A stretch of DNA of 64,000 nt, from NCBI GenBank assembly GCA_964276515.1, contig OZ193910.1, forward strand, positions 3,844,001 through 3,908,000, given 5' to 3'. Below are positions 51,612 to 63,125 of this stretch, one piece after another (positions within the stretch are counted from its first letter, which is position 1; every line of letters starts with the position of its first letter). The notes beneath the pieces are model-generated. The model was not told the DNA's origin, ran no database searches, and saw only the letters and a program-made list of their open reading frames with translations. The stretch comes from Gordius albopunctatus. Taxonomy: Eukaryota. The position numbers were made by a program, and so were the translations under genes.

Positions 51612-53550
51612 ATACTAAATGATCTCTTTCCATTTCCCTCCCTTGGGCTCCCATACCATTTTTTAAAATTCTAATATCCCATTTTTATAGTCGAGCTCTC
51701 GCTAGAAATGAAAATGGGTACTTGGTGGACTCGCTTTTAAGCCTATTTATAACATCTCTATTCAACGGCAAAGTTCGTAGAAATCTCTGTTATAGCATTA
51801 TTTAGCAACGTTTCCAGAAAAAAGCGATACCCCCCCCCCTAACATTATAATTGCGTCTTTTTAAAATGATTGATTAGGAATAGCGTGTTTTGTGGGATAT
51901 TACTAATTAATGTTGCAAATGGTTTTTAATAATTGCTGGAAAAAGTTAAATAACAATACTATGTGCCTTATGATCGTTGACTGCTGCGTCGCCCTTTAGT
52001 CGGGACCAAATAATTAATTATTCCGTTTATTCCATTGTCTCGTAAGCGCCTCGTCACATAATATGTAATATTTCACGAATACTTGGTTATTCTGGTTATC
52101 ACAATTCTCACCTATAATTCGATATCATGTTAACTATCTAAAACACATTTATTTGTTGTTATTATTCGAAATAAACTCTTTATTAATTCCAATTTTAAGC
52201 TATATCACTCCTTCGGGTTATTTGCCCAAAATGAATAAAATTGTCAAAATTTACTCTAATAAATGAGGGCTGCCACCTCACCAAAGATTATCCCAATCTG
52301 AAATGATCTGTCGAAAATTCTGACAAATTTTCTGGACGTCTTATATTTGGAAATCGCCTAACCTAAGCTTTTTGTAGGGAAGGAATTGCGCCACATATGC
52401 GATGTTTTCGAGTTGGAATTTTATGATAAAGAGGGATTTTATATTATAAAAAATATCTTTGAGCTTAGCCAGGACTTTTATAAAGGTGTAGGCAAAAAGT
52501 TAGATATTAATCTAGGCCACAAACAAAATTTTAACTATATTTTGATAAAATTTACGGATTTTGATAATGGTGAGTTTGTTGTGTTACGTACAATTTATAT
52601 ATTGATTACTTATTGGAAACCAGAATTAAGGTTTATATATGTCAGAATGTAGATTAATATATTAATTCAATTACAAAAACGACCTCGCACCTATTAAAGG
52701 TTTTATTTGAATATATATATTGATTTAAATAAAACAACAACACCAGATTCTCTTTTTAAAACGTTCAGTTTTTTTTCTATTAAATTAAAAAATGCTTTTT
52801 TTGTCTGGCTACACATATATACAGTGGCACAGCTAGAGGGGGCCCGCCCCTCCCCCAAGGCAAAAATCTTAGGCTCCTTAAGCCATTTTTTTATTTTATC
52901 TTAATTAAGAAACAATATAAAGATTATTTTTTTTGAATAAAACTTTTAATTATAATATTACAAATAAAGATGCTGTATAAGAGAATAAAGGATGAAAATT
53001 GTTGAGTTAAATATTTGTTTAATAAATGCAATTAAAACGGTTTAAAGACTATTATTAACCTTAAATGATATTAGAAATGAGGATCACTATCAAATTCCTT
53101 ATAATAAGGCTAAAGATTTTGCTTGCTGCAATTTTTAATTTATTACCTTCTAAACGTATTAAAAAACCAAAAAAGTATGATACTTTTTACTCTTTTGAAT
53201 CTACCAATTCATTAATTGATTTCAAAATTGATTTATATTATCCCATCATCGATAGAATAATAGCAGAATTAAACATAAATTTTCGGAAATTGATTGTAAT
53301 TTATATAAACTCGGGCCTTCGGCCCTCGTGGGAAGGGGGAAGGGGAGGAGGGGAGGGAAGGGGGAACTCATCTACACTCCGTATAAATGTATCATATTTG
53401 CTATGCAATTTATGGAAATACTTACGTGAATATTGCAAAACGAAGGTTGGAAGCACTAAATAAGTGTATATGCCAAATATCATAAAGGGGGAGAGAGGGA
53501 GCGAAGGGGAAGCTTTATGGTTAGTTAAATTCTACGGGAGTTGTATTACC

Positions 53551-54210
53551 AAAAAGTCATAATAGCAATGGTAGGAACAGGAACAATCATAATAGTCAAA
53601 AAAAAACGAAAAAAAAATTTTCGAATCACATTTTGGCCAAAGGTCATTTTTTTCCATTGGTCAGCAGCCAGGACACGGTAAAAGTGGATATAAATTCATA
53701 ATAGTCAAAAAAAACGAAAAAAAAGTTTTCGAATCACATTTTGGCCAATGGTTATTTTATTCCATTGGTCAGCAGCCAGCGGACGGCCAAAAAGTCATAA
53801 TAGCAATGGTAGGAACAGGAACAATCATAATAGTCAAAAAAAACGGAAAAAATAATTTCGATTCACATTTTGGCCAATGGTCATTTTTTTCCATTGGTCA
53901 GCAGCCAGGACACGGTAAAAGTGGATATAAATTCATAACAGTCAAAAAAAACGAAAAAAAAATTTTCGAATCACATTTTGGCCAATGGTCATTTTATTCC
54001 ATTGGTCAGCAGCCAGCGGACGGCCAAAAAGTCATAATAGCAATGGTAGGAACAGGAACAATCATAATATTCAAAAAAAACGAAAAAATAAACTCGGATA
54101 CACATTTTGGCCAATGGTCATTTTTTCCATTGGTCAGCAGCCAGCGGACGGCCAAAAAGTCTTATTATCATTGATAGTAACAAGAACAATCATAAGAGTC
54201 AAAAAAAACT
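53551..54210. repeat. Tandem array with alternating variants (higher-order unit ~237 bp)
   Basis: Five copies of CACATTTTGGCCAA(T)GGT.ATTTT.TTCCATTGGTCAGCAGCCA, followed alternately by GGACACGGTAAAAGTGG or GCGGACGGCC. Confidence 0.9.
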
Positions 54211-55065
54211 CCGGGATTCTAACCCAAAAACTAGATAAATTGCATAGCAATTATTGTTAACCTATTCAAAAACGAACAAAAAATTTCGATTTATTTGGCC
54301 AATGGTAATTTTTTTCAATTATCAATGTTAACTTATTCAAAAAGGAAAAACGAAAAATTAGGATTTATTTGGCCAATGTTCATTTTTTCATTGGTCAGTA
54401 GCCAGCGGACGGTCAAAAAGTCATATTATCAATGGTATTAACAAGAACAAAATATTAAATTAATTAAAAAAATAAAAATTTTGCCCTCTCCGGGATTCGA
54501 ACCCACATTAAATAGAGGCATAAGCCTTTGGAGGGGAACAGGGAACCATATAAATAGAGCCATAGGCCCTTGTAGGGGAGGGCATAGGGTAATTATCAAT
54601 GTTAAACTATTCAAAAACGAAAAATTAAAAATTTCGATTTATCTGGCCAGTGGTCATTTTTTCATTGGTCAGTAGCCTGCGGACGGTCAAAAATTCATAT
54701 TATCAATGGTATTAACAAGAACAATATATTAATTTAATTTAAAAAAAAATAAAAATTTTTGTCCTCTCCGGGTCTCGAACCATCAATTTAGAACGTTCGC
54801 CGGGATTCAAACCCACATTAAATAGAGGCATAAGCCTTTGGAGGGGAACAGGGAACCATATAAATAGAGCCACAGGCCCTTGTAGGGGAGGGCATAGGGT
54901 AATTATCAATGTTAAACTATTCAAAAACGAAAAATTAAAAATTTCGATTTATCTGGCCAGTGGTCATTTTTTCATTGGTCAGTAGCCTGCGGACGGTCAA
55001 AAAGTCATATTATCAATGGTATTAACAAGAACAAAATATTAATTTAATTAAAAAAAAAAAAATTT

Positions 55066-55131
55066 TGTCCTCTCCGGGTCTCGAACCCGCAACCTCCAGG
55101 TCGGGAAGCTGGTGTAAATAACTTGGTGGAC
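55066..55131 (-). ncRNA. tRNA-derived or tRNA-like cassette lacking a D arm; probably not a functional tRNA
   Basis: Minus strand reads GTCCACC-AAGTTATTTACA-CCAGC TTCCCGA CCTGG-AGGTT-GCGGG TTCGAGA CCCGG-AGAGGAC-A followed by oligo-T. It has a B box, T arm and anticodon-like arm, and an imperfect acceptor stem. Confidence 0.55.
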
Positions 55132-56145
55132 GACGGACGGACGGACGGACGGACAACCAAAAACGAGCCCATAAATTGCATAGCAATTAATAAGTCCTTA
55201 GAAGGGTTAACCCTTCATCCCCTTTTTTCTGAATATTTTTAAGGTTCATTTAGCTGTTAAATTTATTAATTCATTTTAATTTTTATGTGGTGTGGAAATA
55301 TAGCTATAATATCATCAGGGGCAATAAATTCTAAATACTCATTCTCGAACGAATTTTAATTTCATAATTAAGTTTTTTTTTATTTTATGTTATAATTACG
55401 CTTTTTGAGGATCACCTTAAAAAGGCTTTTGAATGTTCTCATTGTTTTCCTGATATAAATGCTGCTTGAAAATGCTACCAATATTGCATATGTAAAATTA
55501 AAATTTGTTATATATATGACCAAGATTTTTGGGGTTGTGGCAATATTTTTTATAAAAATCTTGTATAGTTTTTTTATATTTGTATTATTTTTTAAAATGC
55601 CAACGATTTCTTGTCAATATCCCCGTTCCACTTTGTGCCCTTACAATTCATTTATACAAAACTTATTATACCATGTGAAATTTTCTATATTGTTTCAACT
55701 ACATTACCTTGTTCTATTATTAAATTTTTTTAATTTATTTTATGCCCTATAAACATGAGGATCTGAGACATAGCAGTGTGATGTTTTTAGAAAAAAACAC
55801 ATAGCGGAATTTTAAGTTTGTCGAATGTTTAAGATGCAAATAATTTTCAGTTGCATTTGACCCATGGTCGTATCCTGGTTTTGGATTTGGGGGGGGGGGC
55901 AAAACATAAATATTTTTAATTTTTAAGGGTTTTTGTGGAAAATTTTTTTGTTGCCTTTTAATTTTAAGTTGGTGCTTAAAGCTTAATAATCTAATAAGTT
56001 ATAAGATAATTAAAAGTTTTATAACGCAATTTATTGTCAACACCATATTTTTAATTCTAAGAGTATTTGTGAACAAATATAAGTGTGCTTTTTTAATTTA
56101 AAAATAGTTAAATTGTCATATTATTTTATGAATTTGCTAGATCCT

Positions 56146-57543
56146 TTAATTAGTCGTAGTTTCATTCTTAACCATTTCTTCAGCCATTTTTTCCATCGCT
56201 TCATAATCCACGTTCAGCTCTTCTTGAAAATGAGGCACCATTATCAAGGATATAATTTCTAGAACATTTTAAAGTAAATAAAAATATAAATAATTTTAGA
56301 TTAAATCAATAAATAATACATATTAAACATATTTTCTCAAAATTGTTTGAATTTCCCAGTCTAAAAAACTAATGTAAATGCATCTTTCTTTTGATATATT
56401 GTTGAAATAATGATTTAGGTACGGTACGTATAGTTTCTCAAAATTGTTTTCCCCAGTTTTAAGAAATAATGTTTGAGCAAACAAAACACGACTTTTTGCG
56501 CAGAATGATGAAAAAAAGGTTATTAAAATTGAATAATAAAATTTGCGTCTAATTTTTTGAGAGTGAATTTTTTTTTTTTAATCAATTTTACTTTTTCCCT
56601 GGAGGTCCTTATCAAATTCTCGCAATTCGGCAGTGAGTAAAAGGCTGTCATGAACCCCGATTACAATCAAAAATTTTCGCCTCTTTTCCGAACTCAGCAT
56701 TTGAATGGCAGCTTTAATAGCCTCATTCAATTTTTTAACCTTGTTATCTATATAAAATTAGAAAAAATAATAGATTTTTTATAAAATTAATTTTAATATT
56801 AAGCGTGTTTGAAATAATTTTATTTACTACTTCCCTCCACCATTTTCATTTGAACTTTGCCATTAATAACGGATATAATTGCGACGTTAGCGTTGCCCAT
56901 GTGATATTTCTTTTGATCGGGACCCCCAGTTTCCGATTTGACTGAGGAATTTTTGACATCTTGCAAAAATTCAGCTGTGCCTTCTAAATCCTAAATATTA
57001 ATTATCCTCTTATTCTTTCGATTTTTGTCGCAAAACTTTTTAATATTAATGAGATAAAATGTAATGAAAATAAAAGCTTTGTGCTAATTTTATTATTAAA
57101 CTATCTTTGTCTAATTGAAGAATAAAGTCAGATAGGATTGTTTAATACTAGTTTATGCTATAATTGTTACGATTAGATAGAAATTTGATTTTAAAAGCAA
57201 ATTTTTTAATATTATGAAATAGAAGTTTTGCGTCCAAATCAATGCGTTAAGAAAAAAATTCAAACTTTTTTATATTAATTTTAAAATTAATTGAAAAAAT
57301 TAATTAATTACTCCGAAAGCGTCTATATCGGCAAACATATTGCTAGTCATTTTTTCGGGTCCATCGATAATAACAACCATATCAACCTGATTTTTGGAAT
57401 CCAAATTCACCAAATTTCCTTTAAAATTCGTTTAAAAAATTTAAAACTGAAATTAAAATTTTTTTTGCTAAATAAATATTTTTACCTTGTCCATAAACGG
57501 ATAACACACACAGGGATAACCCTATCAATGCAATGGTCTTCAT
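56146..57543 (-). CDS. Hypothetical secreted protein (~198 aa), possibly a divergent VWA-like domain
   Basis: Five phase-consistent GT-AG exons: 57543-57486 (MKTIALIGLSLCVLSVYGQ), 57418-57312 (..QVDMVVIIDGPEKM..F), 56990-56828 (..ANVAIISV..), 56747-56592 (LNEAIKAAIQMLSSEKRRKFLIVIG), 56258-56146 (IISLIMVP...TAA). Confidence 0.75.
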
Positions 57544-58498
57544 AGCTTTTCTAATATTTAATAAATGAAAATATTTAGGCATAATAGTTTGTTTTCGAAA
57601 TATTTAACATATATTTTTTTTATATTCGACTGTAATTCAAAGGGCTAATTTTAAAGTAAAAAAAATTAAGAGTTCAAATTTTATTTCAAGCTGGACATGA
57701 AAGCCCTTTTGAAATGTTTCGTGTTTCAGAATTTATCTAACAAAAGGTAATTGATATTTCATATTAACAAATTTATAAAACTAATTGCTAAAAAAATTGT
57801 TAAAAATCTGTATGTTACTTAAATTTTAAGTTATATATTGTTCATTTTCTTTAATAATATTCTTTTATTTACCACGGAAACCTTTTTAATTTTTTTTTAA
57901 TTAAAATGTTTTTTATAAATACCTTATTAAAAATCTAATTTTTAAATCTTCTGAAAATTTGTTAGCATTACTCAATAATTTGGAAGCCTTGAGGCTAATG
58001 TAATATAAGGGGGGGGAGCGTGAATTAATATACATTTTTAGAGGTTATTCTAAAGACATAACTAATCATTATCTCATTTCAACCAAAGAAATTATTTTGA
58101 TTTTCACTTGCCCTAAAATACCCTCGAGGTACATTATTCAACAAAAAAAATTAATCTAATCTCATGATTTTTAACTTTTTATTTACTTTCAATTTGCTAT
58201 ATACATTCTATTTATAACAGGCAAAAATACATTATATTAAAGGATTTGCTTTATTTATAATAAATCAACAAATATTGCGAAACTTGATATTTATTTTTAT
58301 ATTATGAAAATGAAAATTACATAAGTTAACACTTGGTTGGAATTTGTTATTAAATTTAAAATGGGCTCAGCATTGAAATTAGAGGGGGGCAATAATGATT
58401 TAGGGAGGGCAGAATGATCATTTTTAACAATTTTAGGCATAATTTTAATGCATTTTAACAAATTTTTAAATTTAGAGGTTGCCCCTCTTTGCTCCCCC

Positions 58499-61332
58499 TA
58501 GAGCCCTGCACGGGTGACCCGAAACCCGACCCGACCCGACCCGACCCGACCCGACGCCCGGGTCGGGTCGGGTTCGGGTTAAAAATTTTAAAATACCTTC
58601 GGGTCGGGTCGGGTTAAAAATTTTATAATAGTTTCGGGTCGGGTCGGGTTCGGATTGAAAAATTAAAAACGCTTTCGGGTCGGGTCGGGTCGGGTTGAAG
58701 GTTATAAATCTTATATTGCATAACAAACATATCTTTCAAATTAATGCTATTACGTATAAAACATTTTTTAATTAATATCGAAATGTATCATTAATTAATC
58801 TCATTCATTCATTTAATTGATTTCCTTGTAATTCACTTCTTATTTTTGTATTTGGCCAATTTCAAACTCTACATAGGTAAAATATATAATAACTATAATA
58901 TTTATTATTAATTAAGTGAATTATTATGGATCCACATAAATTACAGAAGCTGATTGACAATAAAATCTATAGAGTGGAAAAGAATTTGGTGGGTAAATCC
59001 AAGGTTTGGCAATTATTCGATTTCATATATGACGAAAATGACAAGAAAATAGACTTTGTTAGATGCTCAACCTGTTATGCTATATACAAATATGGTGTAA
59101 CTTTAACAGGTAATATATCATATTAATTTAAAAAGTTACTACTGTTATTAGCCACTATTTTTCTAATTTTTGTACTTCATTTCAAAGTGCTCATTTGCTT
59201 ATTAAATTTTCCTGTGCACTTTGATATTTGAACATATCTAACATTAAAAAATGCTATATATTTAATATTTTTTGTCTGAAGATGGTATGGTATATAAATA
59301 AAATATAAAAAGATAAAATTTTTTCAAGTGGTCCCAAATAAATAAACATTAAATATTAGTTTGAGGAGTTTATACTTTATAGTTAATATCATAGTAGGAT
59401 TTAATAGACTAATAGCTAAGGTCTGTTTATAGAGTGTTAGTGTTTATGGTATATTATATTTAACTTAGGAACTAATCATCTAAGGAAACATGTGTGTCAG
59501 ATAGAGCCCTGCACGGGTGACCCGAAACCCGACCCGACCCGACCCGACCCGACGCCCGGGTCGGGTCGGGTTCGGGTTAAAAATTTTAAAATACCTTCGG
59601 GTCGGGTCGGGTCGGGTTAAAAATTTTATAATAGTTTCGGGTCGGGTCGGGTTCGGATTGAAAAATTAAAAACGCTTTCGGGTCGGGTCGGGTCGGGTTG
59701 AAGGTTATAAATCTTATATTGCATAACAAACATATCTTTCAAATTAATGCTATTACGTATAAAACATTTTTTAATTAATATCGAAATGTATCATTAATTA
59801 ATCTCATTCATTCATTTAATTGATTTCCTTGTAATTCACTTCTTATTTTTGTATTTGGCCAATTTCAAACTCTACATAGGTAAAATATATAATAACTATA
59901 ATATTTATTATTAATTAAGTGAATTATTATGGATCCACATAAATTACAGAAGCTGATTGACAATAAAATCTATAGAGTGGAAAAGAATTTGGTGGGTAAA
60001 TCCAAGGTTTGGCAATTATTCGATTTCATATATGACGAAAATGACAAGAAAATAGACTTTGTTAGATGCTCAACCTGTTATGCTATATACAAATATGGTG
60101 TAACTTTAACAGGTAATATATCATATTAATTTAAAAAGTTACTACTGTTATTAGCCACTATTTTTCTAATTTTTGTACTTCATTTCAAAGTGCTCATTTG
60201 CTTATTAAATTTTCCTGTGCACTTTGATATTTGAACATATCTAACATTAAAAAATGCTATATATTTAATATTTTTTGTCTGAAGATGGTATGGTATATAA
60301 ATAAAATATAAAAAGATAAAATTTTTTCAAGTGGTCCCAAATAAATAAACATTAAATATTAGTTTGAGGAGTTTATACTTTATAGTTAATATCATAGTAG
60401 GATTTAATAGACTAATAGCTAAGGTCTGTTTATAGAGTGTTAGTGTTTATGGTATATTATATTTAACTTAGGAACTAATCATCTAAGGAAACATGTGTGT
60501 CAGATAAAAAAAAAAGATCAACATTCTTTGGATGGATTTTTGGAAATGAATCAACCCCCTATGAAAATCAAAGTTGAAAAATTTTTAAACGCTTTCGGGT
60601 CGGGTCGGGTTGAAAAATTAAAAACGCTTTTGTGTCTGGTCGTTTTTGGGTTGAAAAATTTTTAAACGCTTTCGGGTCGGGTCGGGTTGAAAAATCAAAA
60701 ACGCTTTCGGGTCGGGTCGGGTTGAAAAATTAAAAACGCTTTCGGGTCGGGTCGGGTTCGGGTTGAAAAATCAAAAACGCTTTCGGGTCGGGTCGGGTTC
60801 GGGTTGAAAAATTAAAAACGCTTTCGGGTCGGGTCGGGTTCGGGTTGAAAAATTAAAAACGCTTTCGGGTCGGGTCGGGTTCGGGTTGAAAAAATGTGAC
60901 TTTGCAGGGCTCTAGTGTCAGATAAAAAAAAAAGATCAACATTCTTTGGATGGATTTTTGGAAATGAATCAACCCCCTATGAAAATCAAAGTTGAAAAAT
61001 TTTTAAACGCTTTCGGGTCGGGTCGGGTTGAAAAATTAAAAACGCTTTTGTGTCTGGTCGTTTTTGGGTTGAAAAATTTTTAAACGCTTTCGGGTCGGGT
61101 CGGGTTGAAAAATCAAAAACGCTTTCGGGTCGGGTCGGGTTGAAAAATTAAAAACGCTTTCGGGTCGGGTCGGGTTCGGGTTGAAAAATCAAAAACGCTT
61201 TCGGGTCGGGTCGGGTTCGGGTTGAAAAATTAAAAACGCTTTCGGGTCGGGTCGGGTTCGGGTTGAAAAATTAAAAACGCTTTCGGGTCGGGTCGGGTTC
61301 GGGTTGAAAAAATGTGACTTTGCAGGGCTCTA
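58499..61332 (+). mobile_element. Non-autonomous hAT element (outer copy) with a BED-finger ORF remnant
   Basis: TIR TAGAGCCCTGCA / TGCAGGGCTCTA; TSD GCTCCCCC; (CGGGT)n/(ACCCG)n subterminal arrays; ORF 58926-59126 (KSKVWQLF...VRCSTC). Confidence 0.93.
59502..60914 (+). mobile_element. Non-autonomous hAT element (inner near-identical copy, 1413 bp)
   Basis: Same TIRs; TSD GTGTCAGA (59494-59501 and 60915-60922); ORF 59929-60129 encodes the same protein as 58926-59126. Confidence 0.95.
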
Positions 61333-62106
61333 GCTCCCCCCCCCCCCTTGGCTCCGCCCATGAAATTTAATATTTTTAGTTAATTACTAATGGATTAAAA
61401 AGATTTTTAGGTATAAATGAATATATGAGAAAAAAATCTAGAAACTATAACATTTTTTTATAAAAATAAGTCATACTATGAAATAATGTATAAATAATTT
61501 AGAAAATTGATTATATTGATATTGAATAAATAATATGTGTAAGTACGATAAAACACTTAAGTAAACATAATATCAAAAACTTCACTTGCCTAAACTTCGA
61601 TGAATTTTGGTGAAAAAGTAATTGTTTGTATAGGGGAAAATTTTTAGGGATATTATTTACTTTATTTTTATACTTAATGGATGCTGTGTTCGATGATTCA
61701 TATAAATTTAAAGGTCGTCTATTATTAATTTAATCATTTGGCCCCTAGCATTTATCATCGTCCTTATGATTAGCAAAATTTGATTTAGATATAAAAAGTG
61801 ACATATTAATGCTTTTCCTGCTAAAAATACTTTAGAAGGTATCGAAGTTCAATTTATTGATTATGGTATCAAAGGAATAATTAATGCAATAATCCAGCAC
61901 ATAACCAATCTATTAGTCAACTTTTAATGAGTGTTTTTTTTAATTTTCAATTTTGTTTACTTTTTTTGAAATAGTAATTTAAATTTAATAAATATAGATT
62001 GACTTAAGTCGAGAGAACTGCACATGAGCAGCTTTATAAAGGCATAAATAAATGCGTACTTAGAACTTTTAAAAATGTTATATTAATTGAAAATCTATTT
62101 ATTATA

Positions 62107-62598
62107 CAGTCTTGTTAAGGAGCGGCGCTCCTGTAGCGCCGCTACATTTTTTCAAAAAATGCTGGAGCGCCCCTCCTTTTTAAAATTGAGGAGCGGGAGT
62201 AGCTCCTTTTATGGGCCGCTCCTCCGCTCCTTTAAATTTAATATATAAATTATATTATTTTTTAAATATTAATAATATTTGTTAATTTAATGAAAATATA
62301 ATTTTATTTAAATTTATTCATTATTAAATGTTGAGCCGAGTTTTATATTGATTTTTCATCTAATCACTTGAATTTTTGCATAGTCGAGACCCTTTTTTTG
62401 CTCTCAGGAAAATTTTGGATAGTCAAGGAAAATTTTTGGATAGACGAGACCTTTTTTAAAATGGTTTTAATTATTTTTGGAAAATCAAAGGAGCGCTTAT
62501 GGAGCGGCACTCCATTAGTTGGAGTGGGAGCGCTCCTTTTAATATTTAGTAGCGGGAGCGGGAGTTGCTACTTTTAAAAAGGAGCGTTAACAAGACTG
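62107..62598. mobile_element. MITE with CAGTCTTGTTAA TIRs (hAT-like)
   Basis: CAGTCTTGTTAA / TTAACAAGACTG; GGAGCG/CGCTCC subterminal motifs; AT-rich flanks and an imperfect TSD. Confidence 0.8.
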
Positions 62599-63125
62599 TT
62601 TATTTATAATATAACTTTATACTTATATATTAAAATTAATACAAACTTAAAAATTATAAAGTCTTGCGCGCGTTTTATTTATGATAATGGTTTGGACTTT
62701 GGATCTAAATCATAAAAAAGAAAAAAAAATGTTAAATTTCAAGATAACTACAATTATAAATCGTCATTATAAATAGCGCCGTGCCTGACGGGGATTTTGA
62801 AAATGGCAAAAAGTTCGAGGCAAATGTTGCATAGAACAAGGCGGCTATTAGTATTTTTAATAAACAAAAAAATATATTTTAATTATATGAATAACCTTAT
62901 CATAAGAGTTACACTTAGAAACTGTTTAAAAAACATTAAATAGTTATTTTCGACTTGTAGTAGCCTTAACAAAATTTTGTATTTTTCTCGTTTTTATATT
63001 TTAGGCTGGCTTATTGTACACAGAAATAGTTTTGTAACTAATTTCTTATGATATGACTAAATATCCTTTTATAAAAGGGGGACGTAAAGTTCTTTAGTTT
63101 AGTTTCATATGGTTAGTATCTAGAG

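Larger units (their letters stand above)
53307..55187 (-). mobile_element. Composite Helentron/DINE-1-like element with internal tandem arrays
   Basis: GGGCC-TTC-GGCCC terminal hairpin. Sub-TIR TTGCTATGCAATTTATGG (53398-53415) is matched at 54236-54250 and 55167-55186. (GGAC)n microsatellite at ~55128-55154. Central tandem repeats. Confidence 0.8.
58360..61362. mobile_element. G-tract MITE interrupted by hAT elements
   Basis: AATGGGCTCAGC...GGCTCCGCCCATG with TSD AAATTTAA (58352-58359 and 61363-61370); interior matches 31899-32065. Confidence 0.8.

Noticed and set aside
53551..55085. Repeat array considered as CRISPR-like, plus ORFs 53806-54260 and 54481-54924
   Set aside because: No unique spacers and no cas genes in a eukaryotic context. 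The ORFs are translations of tandem repeats.
55066..55131. Functional tRNA-Gly(CCC) gene
   Set aside because: No D arm or A box, mismatched acceptor and anticodon stems, and embedded in a repeat family. Reported as tRNA-like only.
55310..55850. Possible further exons or a paralog downstream of the secreted-protein gene
   Set aside because: One exon-like piece (~55400-55474) but no coherent chain.
58926..60129. Tandemly duplicated 66-aa host gene
   Set aside because: Both ORFs are BED-finger remnants within nested hAT copies.
60580..61320. (CGGGT)n arrays as telomeric or iteron-like repeats
   Set aside because: They are subterminal repeats bounded by the hAT TIR.
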